DNA of 64,000 nucleotides, from positions 62,001 to 126,000 of the forward strand of contig NIVC01000166.1 of the NCBI GenBank assembly GCA_002269645.1. Direction: 5' to 3'. Source of the stretch: Macrostomum lignano (lineage: Eukaryota). The translations under genes were made by a program, and so were the position numbers. Shown piece after piece: positions 54,346 through 64,000 of this stretch. The notes under the pieces were generated by a model that ran no database searches, had not been told where the DNA came from, and saw only the letters and a program-made list of their open reading frames with translations. Numbering within the stretch: position 1 is the stretch's first letter; every line of letters begins with the position of its first letter.

Positions 54346-55215
54346 TGTGACGTTGTCAGTTTAAGGTGGTCCCGAAAAGGGCCGCTGGACTATATTTTCC
54401 CTTGTAATTTCTCATATTAATTTCTCCAATAGTTTATTTTAACGTTTACTTATAGTAGCGTGCAAATAATTTTTATCAACTGCTAATTCACTGTGTATTG
54501 GATAGACCTTGCGCCCGTCTGTAAATTTTGGCACGATGGATAATTTTAAGTTCTCTCGCCAGCCAATGAAAACCACTCGTGCTTCGCGCTACCCCCCTCT
54601 GCGCTCCTTTATTAAACCCCCCGCCTGGCGGCGGGCACTCCACCTTCCTCTCTCCTCTCTTTCTTATCTGTTCTTCCGTCCCCTTTTGCGTTCTTGTCTG
54701 GCTGCCTCGAGCCTCCTTATTTCTCGCCACGGCCCCTCTGTCTGGGCCGGCCTACTCACACACTTACTTGACTGCCTGCCACTGTCTGCCACGGCTAACG
54801 CCAATCTCACCACTACGCATCTGCCACTATTGTACTCATCGCCGTCTGTTGTACTCATCGCCGTCTGTTGTACTCATCGCCGTCTGTTGTACTCATCGCC
54901 GTCTGTTGTACTCATCGCCGTTACTCACCACGTTGCATCGTCTTGCATCACTCGCCTACCACTCGACTACAATCTCTAACTCACCTTCAATTCAAAACCA
55001 TTGTTGCAGCCGCCAGTGCCCAAAGCGCAATAAGTTCTATATTGATATTAACCGCATCGAATATTGATCTCAACAATAATAACCAACTACGGCCAGTTTC
55101 CGGCCTTGTATGCCAAGTGCTCCGCTACACAAATCCGCTATCAAGACTTGACTCGATTCATTTGGGACTAAAACGGCCCTTTTAAGGGTCACGGACAACA
55201 TCAAATAACGTGACA
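54346..55215 (+). repeat. 5' LTR, 870 bp (tgtgacgt...acgtgaca)
   Basis: TG..CA ends with imperfect 8-bp terminal inverted repeat; followed by the PBS. Confidence 0.9.
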
Positions 55216-55221
55216 TAATTT

Positions 55222-55238
55222 TGGAGGTCCCACCGAGA
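55222..55238 (+). promoter_or_regulatory. Primer binding site complementary to tRNA-Gln
   Basis: tggaggtcccaccgaga is the reverse complement of the animal tRNA-Gln 3' end UCUCGGUGGGACCUCCA (17 nt). Confidence 0.88.
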
Positions 55239-55419
55239 CGCCTACTCAGCACTGCCGGCTCGCAACTAAATCAGTGCCATCAAGACTTCTGCTCAGCCCT
55301 GCCAGCTCGTAATCAGCGCCATCAAGACTTCGTCTCAGTCCTGCCAGTTTGCAACCAAGCACCAGCCACCAGCGAGACTTCTGCTCAGCTCTGCCGGCTC
55401 GTGACTGAGCACCTGCCTG

Positions 55420-55553
55420 CCTGTGCTACGCCTGAGGTTCGGTCCGCAAGGCTGCGAGAGCCTGTGCCACGCCTGAGGTTCGGTCCGCAAGGCTGCGAGA
55501 GCCTGTGCCACGCCTGAGGTTCGGTCCGCAAGGCTGCAAGAGCCTGTGCCACG
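55420..55553 (+). repeat. 41-bp tandem repeat, ~3.3 copies, in the retrotransposon leader
   Basis: cctgtgccacgcctgaggttcggtccgcaaggctgcgagag. Confidence 0.9.
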
Positions 55554-55944
55554 TCAGGCCCAGGGGTCCTGACTGCCCGGCTGGTCTTCGCTCGTCGCCG
55601 CGGGTCGTCGCTGGCCGTCGCCCTGAGCAACGCGCGCTGTCAACTGCGTTGAGCTCGAGCTTACGCTCTGCCAAGATAGCTCCGCTGCGTGTGCCAAGCC
55701 ACGCCAGGTTACGCTGTGCGCTGATTGTTTGTAGGGACTATTGCCTGACAGTTAGTCTGGGTGGTTTGCGTGATAGGACTCTCCCCTATACTAGGCTTTT
55801 TGTGGTTTGCCCCTGTCAGGCACGTATTTTTGTTAGTAGGACGCAATCTCTCTCATCTCTCTCGCGTCATCAACCTCAATTCGTTTTCTCTGGAGCCTTA
55901 TTTTCGCTCACGCTTGGTTCATTCATCTCGCTCAATCTTGCACA

Positions 55945-57066
55945 ATGTCCGACAACGGGGACAACCATGCCGCAGCGTCATTGGCTGACGGGGATGCCGT
56001 CGTGCCAGATCAGGACGCAGTCGATGCCGGTGAGCAGCCAGCAGGTGCAGCTGCTGCCGCCGCGCCAGCTCCTAGTGAGCAACTCTTGTTGACTCAAACC
56101 TTAGCCTCTCTTCACCGGATGCTCGAAGAGCGTCTCGCCGTTTCCTCGCCGTCAGCGCCAATTTCCTCGCCGCCTGCGAAGCCAGACATACGCCTTCGCC
56201 CTCCAATCGCTTATCAGCCGAAGATGAACTTTGATACGTGGGAAGCTCAGCTTACTTCGTATCTAGCCACTTGCCGCGTTCCTGAGGACCAGAAGTCCGC
56301 CATTCTCGTATCTTTGCTGTCAGCCGAATGCCAAGAAGTATATCTTAATTACCGGTGTGACCAGTTGCCTTTCGAATCTGCGCTTCGGCTGCTCAGGGAA
56401 AGGTACACCGATGCCAAGAAGAAGGACAAGGCCTACGTAGAATTAGTTGCTGCCGCCCAATCTCATAATGAGCAAATGTCTGACTTCTTTGACAGACTGG
56501 TCTCCTATTCTAGACTAGCGGGTCTCTCGCTCGCTGAAGCGAAGCCCCTACTCAAGGCCAGATTCTGTCATGGGCTGAGGGATAAGGACCTCGCCGAAAA
56601 GCTCCTCTTATGGGATCAGGAAACCGACAGTGCCACCTCTGCAGAAGAGCTGATGCAGAAGGCCAAAGATCTTGTCGGGGTCCGCCAGCTTCTGAATGTG
56701 CCTTCTACTATAGCCAAGGTTCGTGCCATAGAACCTGACGCTGAGAAGAAAGCGTTAGAACAGAGGGTCGCCGAGCTTGAGAAGATGGTGACCGACCAAG
56801 CCAATAGATTAAGCCAGACCACTCCGCCTGTCACCACCAATCAGGGGCCCGCTTGCACAGAGCCCACTGGGGGCCCACCACAAGTTAGCCAAACCTATAG
56901 ACAGCCTAGGCCAGCTCCTCGCCCTCCGCGGGCTTGCCATCGATGCGGCCAGACCGATCACCTGATCGCTGACTGCCCATCGCCCTCGCCGAGACCACAG
57001 TCGCCAAAGCAGCCCCGGGGGAGCCAAAATCAGCAGCCCAGCCGTGGAAAGTCACGACTGAACTAG
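55945..57066 (+). CDS. gag: Gag, 373 aa, with CCHC zinc knuckle
   Basis: CHRCGQTDHLIADC; capsid-like helical region. Confidence 0.92.
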   Translation: MSDNGDNHAAASLADGDAVVPDQDAVDAGEQPAGAAAAAAPAPSEQLLLTQTLASLHRMLEERLAVSSPSAPISSPPAKPDIRLRPPIAYQPKMNFDTWEAQLTSYLATCRVPEDQKSAILVSLLSAECQEVYLNYRCDQLPFESALRLLRERYTDAKKKDKAYVELVAAAQSHNEQMSDFFDRLVSYSRLAGLSLAEAKPLLKARFCHGLRDKDLAEKLLLWDQETDSATSAEELMQKAKDLVGVRQLLNVPSTIAKVRAIEPDAEKKALEQRVAELEKMVTDQANRLSQTTPPVTTNQGPACTEPTGGPPQVSQTYRQPRPAPRPPRACHRCGQTDHLIADCPSPSPRPQSPKQPRGSQNQQPSRGKSRLN

Positions 57067-60000
57067 GAACCATTGCCACATGGTCTCAGAATTACGGGTT
57101 CATCCAATCTGAGCACCTGCTAGAGAAATTGTTTGTCCACATTAGCCAGCTGTCTCCCAGCCTGCGTAGCCTAGTCGAGCAGCACCGCCTTAGGGGGACT
57201 AGGGTGAAATTCCAGCGCCAGGTCGACCCCGGGCGCCAGCACGACAAGGCCTGTAATGTGCAACCTCAGCCAGGGGACAGTGATCCACAATGCCGACAAG
57301 GAGGGTACACAGCTGACACCTTTGAGTCTAGCTATTTCGTGCAGCTAGGAGTAGGAGACTCTAAAGTTCTGGCCTGTCTAGACTCAGGCGCCAATGCCAG
57401 CATCATGGGTGCTGACGTGAAAGCCAAACTGGTCGCAGCTGACCCCGTCAATAACATATTCACGCCTAGTGCTAATAAACAGCGTGCCACCGCCTTCGGC
57501 GGCTCTCAGGTAGACATCCTAGGTTCGCTACGCTGCGAAATCAACTTAGGTAATACGACTAAACAGCATGTATTCCTAGTCACTGCTTACTGTACCACAG
57601 AAGCCCTGCTAGGCATGGATTTCCTGCGCAGCTTCGAGATGCTGCTAGACTTCAACTCTGGCCGAGCTTTAGTAGCAGGGGTGTCAGTGCCAGTCATTGA
57701 GGGGGACAAGGGAATTTTCCAACTCCGACGAGTGATGGCCGCCGGCACCGTAGAATTGCCCCCGCACTCGGAAACCCTGATTCCCAGTCGTGTCCTCGAC
57801 TCTTCGCCGTACACCTCTGGTATAGTCATGTCCCGGATCCTCGGACCAGAGACCGAACAGTTGGTAGCTAAGACTCTAGACTCAGTTAGCGATACTAACC
57901 ACATACTAGTGCGCGTGCTCAACAGTGGGGAGCAGCCTATTCAGATAACTAGGGGGCAAGAAATTGCCTCATTCCAGGAATTAGATAGCCATGAGGTCAT
58001 AGCTCAGACGACCCTGAAGGAGTCTGACTTTAGCCTGGACAATATAGCTAACCTCACCAGCCAACTCAGTAAACTGCCGCCGCCTAGTAGGGAGTTAGCC
58101 AAATGGCTGACAACGCAGTTCCAACTCGACCAAGCCAAATTGTCTAGGGGCCAACTCGCCACCGTATTGAAACTGCTCAACTACTTCAATAGCCAAATTT
58201 CTAGATCAAACGCAGATTTAGGCCATACCACATTACACGAGATGGGCATAGAGTTAATAGATCCCAAGGCCAAGCCTGTTGCGCAACCATACAGGCGCAC
58301 TACGCCAGCCCAAAAGGAATTCCTAGACCAGAACATAGCGCAGATGCTCGAGCAAGGGGTCATCGAGGAATGCGACTCCGACTGGGTGTCACCTATCGTT
58401 CTAGTCAAGAAGAAGGACGGCACTCAACGCTTGTGTATAGACTATAGGGCCGTCAATAAGCTCATCAAGCCGTGTAGCTTCCCCCTGCCACTCATCGAAG
58501 AATCTTTTGATAGCCTTGCTGGGGCCACTGTATTCTCTAGTCTAGATCTGACCTCTGCGTACTGGCAGGTAGGGATTAAAGAGGAGGCTAGGGACTACAC
58601 TGCTTTTGCCTGCCCCCAGGGCACTTTCCGCTGGAAGGTAGTACCATTTGGGATCAAGACAGCACCTGCCAATTTCGCGAAACTAATGCACAAAGTGTTT
58701 AGGCCTCTCCTGATGAAGGTCAGCCTCATCTACCTAGATGACATCATCATTAAGGCTGTCAACAATGATCAAATGATCGCGCATCTCGCGCTGGTCCTCT
58801 GGCAGCTTAGAAAAGCCGGTCTCAAAATTAAGCCGTCTAAGTGTGAGTTGTTCAAGGACAAAGTTGCCTTCCTGGGGTTCGTTGTGTCTAGCCGGGGCAT
58901 TGAGGCTGACCCAGCAAAAACCCAGGCTGTCCAAGAGTGGCCTAAACCGCTTTCTAAGAAACAGCTCTTATCCTTCTTAGGATTTGCGAATTACTACCGG
59001 AAATTTGTGCCGCGATTCTCAATCATCGCCACGCCTTTGTATGCCTTAGCCAAAAAGGATGCTCCGTTTCTATGGCAACCGCATCATGAACGGGCTTTCC
59101 AAGAACTCAAACGTAGCCTCTGTTCACCACCGATTCTGGCGTATCCAGACCTCTCTGCCAAGGGGCGCGAATTTATTTTGGACTGCGATAGCTCGCTTGA
59201 CGGCACTGGGGGTGTGCTGTACCAGCTCGGGCCAGATGGCCAAGAGCAAGTCATAGCTTACGCATCCAAAAAATTCAACAGTAGCCAGAGAAACTACTGT
59301 GCCACCATGAGGGAGTTGCTAGGGCTCGTTCTGATGCTCGAGCATTTCCGTCCTTATCTATTAGACAAGCCTTTCACTGTCCGGGTGGACGCGGCCGCGC
59401 TCAAATGGCTGCATTCTAAGAAGCATGCCACGGGTATGCTGGCCCAATGGCTTGCCACCATTGAACTGTACCCGCTGAAGGTCCAGCAGTCCACTCTAGA
59501 ACGAATAGCTGAATACGATTTCACAGTCCAGTACCGTCCAGGCGTCGACCACGTGCCTGCTGACGCTCTTAGTAGACTGCCAAAATTCAGAGCCGATCAC
59601 TTCGACTGCCCGACGTGCAGCCAGATTCCAGAATTTAAGGGGAAATTCCTGGACCAAGACCCAAAGCACCGGCGTACGCCCCCCTCTAGGGAACTGCGTC
59701 AGGTGTGCGTCCAGACCATAGGCATTAGCGTAGCATGTCAGACTGACACAGATGCCCCGGCTGAACCAACGCCGAATGTTCGTGCTACTGCTAGCGGTGC
59801 TGTTCCTAGTCCAGAGACTGAATCCCACGAACCTGAACCCGAATCCCAAGTGCCACCTGAGCTCATCTGGGCTCGGAATGCCCAGGACTCCTGTGTTGAC
59901 ATGGCGCGCCTAATCGCCAGTGTCCAGGGTAAGGCTGAGCCATTGTCCAAGGCCGAACTGCAGGGTTGTAGCCGGGAAATGCGTGCACTCTGGGCTCAAT

Positions 60001-61709
60001 TCAAGGACCTTGAAGTAGTCGAGGGCCTATTGTACTTAGCCAAATCTTCCAAAGCCAAGACTGCCAGCAGGCGCCTGGTGGTGCCTGAGACCGCAGACGT
60101 CAGTCATCTGGTCCTTCAGTATCATGGCCAGTTGAACCATTGCGGTATCACCAAGACGATGGCCGCCCTGAAGGCGCGCTTCGTTATTTCCGACTTAGAT
60201 ACTATAGTCAAGGGGGTCCTGGCCGAATGCACCGTTTGCGCCAAGACTAAGAAGTCAAAGCGTAAGCTCAAGGCCCCTATGCAACCAGAACTGTCCAGCT
60301 ACCCGAACCAGGTTGTCCACGTGGACCACGCAGGCCCATTCGAAGAGTGTGAGGGGTACAAGTACCTGCTGGTTATGATTGACCGGTTCACCGGGTTTGT
60401 CGAAGTAGTTCCTGTTCCCGACGTCAGCGCAGAGACCACTGCCACAACCATCCTGACTGAATGGGTCGCCAGGTATGGGATGATGGAGCAGTTGGTGTCT
60501 GATAACGGAACTGCCTTCATCAATAGTACCATGATAGAATTAACTAGGCTCCTACAGATTGACATGGGTCGGATCACAGCCCGTCGCCCTCAGGCTAACG
60601 GTAAAGCTGAGAGGATGATCCAGACGGTGAAAGCCCAGATTAGAGCCATCTGTCTTGAGAGACAATGCGACTGGCCCCTTGCCAGCCGCCTGGCCGCCCT
60701 GTCAATCCGTGCCACAGTCGCGGAATCCACCGGATTTACTCCAGCCAAACTTTTCTTCGGGCGTGAGTTCGAACTGCCGCTCGACCTCTGTCACAATCCA
60801 CCGCCAAATGAGCACTACCAGCCGGAGAGGTACGCCCACCAGTTGCACCGCACGCTAGTCGAAACCTCTGCCCTAGCCCGCCGCACTAGGGGTAAGGCCC
60901 AGGAAAGGCAGAAAAGGTATTACGACCGCCGCGCCCTCCGCGCTGAGTTCCACGAGGGAGAATTAGTCTGGGTCTTGAACCCGAATCACAAGGGCATAGA
61001 ACCCGCTGTGTGGTTGGGGCCATACCGAGTAGTGCAGCGTTGCTCCGAGCGGACTTACCGTTTAGTCCCCGAGTATGGTCTCCTAAACCCAGCAGATCGG
61101 GTGCCAAATCCGCGCCATAACATTTACAACATTGACCGTCTCAAACCGTGTATCAGACAGCCCACTTACCAAGACCTAGTTGACCGGTATGGTGAGGCCA
61201 CCCATGCCAGGTCTCCAGCACCTAGTGTGAACCCGCCCAGCGGACCCACGAGCGAGCTTAGCCTCGTCACCATTCCCCAGACTGACTCTGCCCGGCCAGA
61301 GGGCCCACGCAGAGCACTAGGGCCAAATCCACCACCGCCAGCTTCAGGCGCCTTTGAGGAGGGGGCGGGAGCTGCAGCTGGAGAAGGCCAACCATTCGCC
61401 GAAGCTGGCGATGCTGTAGCCATTGAGGGACAGCCACAGCCAGACACTGACACTGACAGCACAGACACTGACACCAGCCATAGCCAAGACAGCTCAGAAT
61501 CGCTGTACACGGCCTCCTTGGGGGACCCCTCCTCCGAGCAAATAGAACCACCTGAGATTGCTGCGAATCCAGTCGCTGCGCAAGCAGCTGAACCACCAGC
61601 CCCGGCTGACGTACCCAGATCCAGGTACGGACGCCCCATCCGCCCGCCTGTCAGGTACCGGACCTGTCAGGTGTCCGACCTGCTCCAGCAGTGGGGAAGC
61701 AGACACTAA
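56973..61709 (+). CDS. pol: Pol: protease, reverse transcriptase, RNase H, integrase; -1 frame relative to gag
   Basis: LDSGA, YLDD, DCDSS..NYCATMRELL, H..H..CTVC, DHAGP, SDNG, AERM; frame open from 56973. Confidence 0.95.
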   Translation: MPIALAETTVAKAAPGEPKSAAQPWKVTTELGTIATWSQNYGFIQSEHLLEKLFVHISQLSPSLRSLVEQHRLRGTRVKFQRQVDPGRQHDKACNVQPQPGDSDPQCRQGGYTADTFESSYFVQLGVGDSKVLACLDSGANASIMGADVKAKLVAADPVNNIFTPSANKQRATAFGGSQVDILGSLRCEINLGNTTKQHVFLVTAYCTTEALLGMDFLRSFEMLLDFNSGRALVAGVSVPVIEGDKGIFQLRRVMAAGTVELPPHSETLIPSRVLDSSPYTSGIVMSRILGPETEQLVAKTLDSVSDTNHILVRVLNSGEQPIQITRGQEIASFQELDSHEVIAQTTLKESDFSLDNIANLTSQLSKLPPPSRELAKWLTTQFQLDQAKLSRGQLATVLKLLNYFNSQISRSNADLGHTTLHEMGIELIDPKAKPVAQPYRRTTPAQKEFLDQNIAQMLEQGVIEECDSDWVSPIVLVKKKDGTQRLCIDYRAVNKLIKPCSFPLPLIEESFDSLAGATVFSSLDLTSAYWQVGIKEEARDYTAFACPQGTFRWKVVPFGIKTAPANFAKLMHKVFRPLLMKVSLIYLDDIIIKAVNNDQMIAHLALVLWQLRKAGLKIKPSKCELFKDKVAFLGFVVSSRGIEADPAKTQAVQEWPKPLSKKQLLSFLGFANYYRKFVPRFSIIATPLYALAKKDAPFLWQPHHERAFQELKRSLCSPPILAYPDLSAKGREFILDCDSSLDGTGGVLYQLGPDGQEQVIAYASKKFNSSQRNYCATMRELLGLVLMLEHFRPYLLDKPFTVRVDAAALKWLHSKKHATGMLAQWLATIELYPLKVQQSTLERIAEYDFTVQYRPGVDHVPADALSRLPKFRADHFDCPTCSQIPEFKGKFLDQDPKHRRTPPSRELRQVCVQTIGISVACQTDTDAPAEPTPNVRATASGAVPSPETESHEPEPESQVPPELIWARNAQDSCVDMARLIASVQGKAEPLSKAELQGCSREMRALWAQFKDLEVVEGLLYLAKSSKAKTASRRLVVPETADVSHLVLQYHGQLNHCGITKTMAALKARFVISDLDTIVKGVLAECTVCAKTKKSKRKLKAPMQPELSSYPNQVVHVDHAGPFEECEGYKYLLVMIDRFTGFVEVVPVPDVSAETTATTILTEWVARYGMMEQLVSDNGTAFINSTMIELTRLLQIDMGRITARRPQANGKAERMIQTVKAQIRAICLERQCDWPLASRLAALSIRATVAESTGFTPAKLFFGREFELPLDLCHNPPPNEHYQPERYAHQLHRTLVETSALARRTRGKAQERQKRYYDRRALRAEFHEGELVWVLNPNHKGIEPAVWLGPYRVVQRCSERTYRLVPEYGLLNPADRVPNPRHNIYNIDRLKPCIRQPTYQDLVDRYGEATHARSPAPSVNPPSGPTSELSLVTIPQTDSARPEGPRRALGPNPPPPASGAFEEGAGAAAGEGQPFAEAGDAVAIEGQPQPDTDTDSTDTDTSHSQDSSESLYTASLGDPSSEQIEPPEIAANPVAAQAAEPPAPADVPRSRYGRPIRPPVRYRTCQVSDLLQQWGSRH

Positions 61710-63379
61710 CCGCCAGTTTTTCACGCCCCGGGCAAGGCGTAAAACTACCTCCTGTGGCACCTGCCGGCCACAGGTCACTGCGGCACCTGTAGACCGCAAG
61801 CTCACGCCCCGGGCAAGGCGTAAAACTACCTCCTGTGGCACCTGCCGGTCACAGGTCCCTGCGGCATTTGCCAGCCACAGACCACAAAACACAAGCCACA
61901 AGCCAAACTAGTTAATTCAAAAGTAAACTAACTTAAATTAATTCATAAAGCACTTTATGGTCGAAATATAATTATGACATGAATATTATAAATATAATAG
62001 TTGTCAAATATATATTGTAGTAGTTCTCCGCCTGAATCGGCATTGCCATAGTCTATAAGGTACACAAGGGCGCGCATGCCCCTGTAAGCCTAATATGACG
62101 ACAATATGAATAATATATAAATAGTGATGGCATGAATAGTATAAACATAATAGCAAGGACAAAAATAATTAAAATAATTGATAGCTTAGAATAATCCTAT
62201 TGCATCCGTTCGGTGTTGCCGAAGTCGATGAAATGTATAAGAGCGTCACCTCTGACGTTAATACCCCAAAGCCACATAATGTGCATTATACGGTTGGTAA
62301 TTAAAGCATAACTACTGGCGACGAATTAAACTCATAAATAACTCAAAAAGAAAATAAAAACTGAAAAAAGCCATTGAAAACTCGGAAAAAAATGCATATA
62401 GGAATATAGCTAGCTCAGTTCGCTACTCAGCCCATTGACGAGTGCAGCAGCGCCACCTTCGTCAAAAATTATTTGCAGATTTTGGTCATATTTCGCAAAT
62501 TTCATAGTATAGCTATCATAGGTATATATTTGTGGGGCAAAAGTAAGCACTACACACACACACACCGCACGCACGCTTTCTTCTGCCTTTGGCGCGTAGC
62601 GCCATCCTCTGCCTTTGGCGCGTGGCGCCGTTCTCTGCCTTGGCGCGTGGCGCCGTTCTCCGCTTGGCGCGCTGCGCCGTTCTCTGCCTTGGCGCGCTGC
62701 GCCGTCTCCGCCTTGGCGCGCTGCGCCGTGTCTCCGCCTTGGGCGCTCTTGCGCCGTCTCCGCCTTGGCGCGCCGCGCCGTGTCTCCGCCTTGGGCGCTC
62801 CTGCGCCGGTTTCCTTCCGCCTTGGCGCGCCGCGCCGTGTCCCGCCGCCCTTGACGCTTGGCGTCGTTTGCCCGCAGTTGTCCGGACTGTGTCTCTGTGC
62901 CGTGCCTCTGCTCTGCATCCTTTGCCTCATCCATCTGTCATCCTTGTTCTGTGTTTTGCCTCATCCATCGTATCACTTCTGCGCGTCCGTTTGTCGTTTT
63001 TATGATCGCGCGCCGCGCGCTCTGTTCCGCGCTACTTTGTGACCATTATCATATTTTGTTATGTTTTGTAACGCCACCATACTATGCTACTCGCGCTCAC
63101 CGCGCTCTACTGCTCTGTAATCCACCTACCGTCTCCTTCGTAATGTTCTGTAACTTTCTGTAATCCTACCACCTGTTCTGTAATTTTGACTTCGATTATT
63201 CAGCCACTTGTAAGCCTGTGGGTTAGTAATCCCTAAGGCCTCCAGTAATCATATACTCACATAAACTAACTCAACTCCACTGTAATTCATTCTACTGTAA
63301 TTTCATATGCTGCGGTCATGCTGTGTTTCTGCCGTCACCCCGCGTGTTGGTTTTCTTTTGCGTGGCCCTATCCTTTTTC

Positions 63380-63393
63380 GGAAGGGAGGCGGG
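63380..63393 (+). promoter_or_regulatory. Polypurine tract
   Basis: ggaagggaggcggg immediately before the 3' LTR. Confidence 0.85.
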
Positions 63394-64000
63394 TGTGACG
63401 TTGTCAGTTAAAGGTGGTCCCGAAAAGGGCCGCTGGACTATATTTTCCCTTGTAATTTCTCATATTAATTTCTCCAATAGTTTATTTTAACGTTTACTTA
63501 TAGTAGCGTGCAAATAATTTTTATCAACTGCTAATTCACTGTGTATTGGATAGACCTTGCGCCCGTCTGTAAATTTTGGCACGATCGATAATTTTAAGTT
63601 CTCTCGCCAGCCAATGAAAACCACTCGTGCTTCGCGCTACCCCCCTCTGCGCTCCTTTATTAAACCCCCTGCCTGGCGGCGGGCACTCCACCTTCCTCTC
63701 TCCTCTCTTTCTTATCTGTTCTTCCGTCCCCTTTTGCGTTCTTGTCTGGCTGCCTCGAGCCTCCTTATTTCTCGCCACGGCCCCTCTGTCTGGGCCGGCC
63801 TACTCACACACTTACTTGACTGCCTGCCACTGTCTGCCACGGCTAACGCCAATCTCACCACTACGCATCTGCCACTATTGTACTCATCGCCGTCTGTTGT
63901 ACTCATCGCCGTCTGTTGTACTCATCGCCGTTACTCACCACGTTGCATCGTCTTGCATCACTCGCCTACCACTCGACTACAATCTCTAACTCACCTTCAA
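63394..64000 (+). repeat. 3' LTR (truncated by the window end)
   Basis: Matches 54346-54990 apart from at least 3 substitutions and a 38-bp repeat difference. Confidence 0.95.

Larger units (their letters stand above)
54346..64000 (+). mobile_element. Ty3/Gypsy LTR retrotransposon, full-length and apparently intact (3' LTR runs off the window)
   Basis: Two near-identical LTRs, PBS, PPT, gag, and pol in PR-RT-RH-IN order. Confidence 0.96.

Noticed and set aside
62410-63163. env-like or antisense protein in the Gypsy 3' region
   Set aside because: Arg/Ala-rich translations of a GC-rich array open in many frames; no env hallmarks.

Overview
Animal (invertebrate-type) nuclear DNA; the repeat-rich, spliced-gene style resembles flatworm Macrostomum-type assemblies, but the host is only inferred. 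1-22.8 kb holds host DNA: a 9-exon MATE/SLC47-type transporter gene (minus, 4572-13050), a 3-exon secreted PAN/Apple + ConA/LamG-like gene (minus, 16902-20071), two decayed Ty3/Gypsy fragments in introns and many minisatellites. 23036-54345 is a Polinton/Maverick (about 16.6 kb once insertions are removed) with 188-bp TIRs, PLA2-integrase, HNH nuclease, major and minor capsid, packaging ATPase, adenain protease, fibre, protein-primed PolB and core proteins. An EnSpm/CACTA transposon with a TA target duplication splits PolB, and a 7198-bp tandem duplication covers part of both. A young Ty3/Gypsy LTR element (54346 to beyond 64000, tRNA-Gln PBS) sits in the right TIR. Main discovery: a 299-nt ORF-less group I intron of IC1 type (24993-24695, minus) interrupts the FTG|PG calcium-loop motif of the Polinton PLA2-integrase gene. 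Its removal restores the frame exactly, and a free-standing HNH nuclease gene overlaps the start of the interrupted gene.
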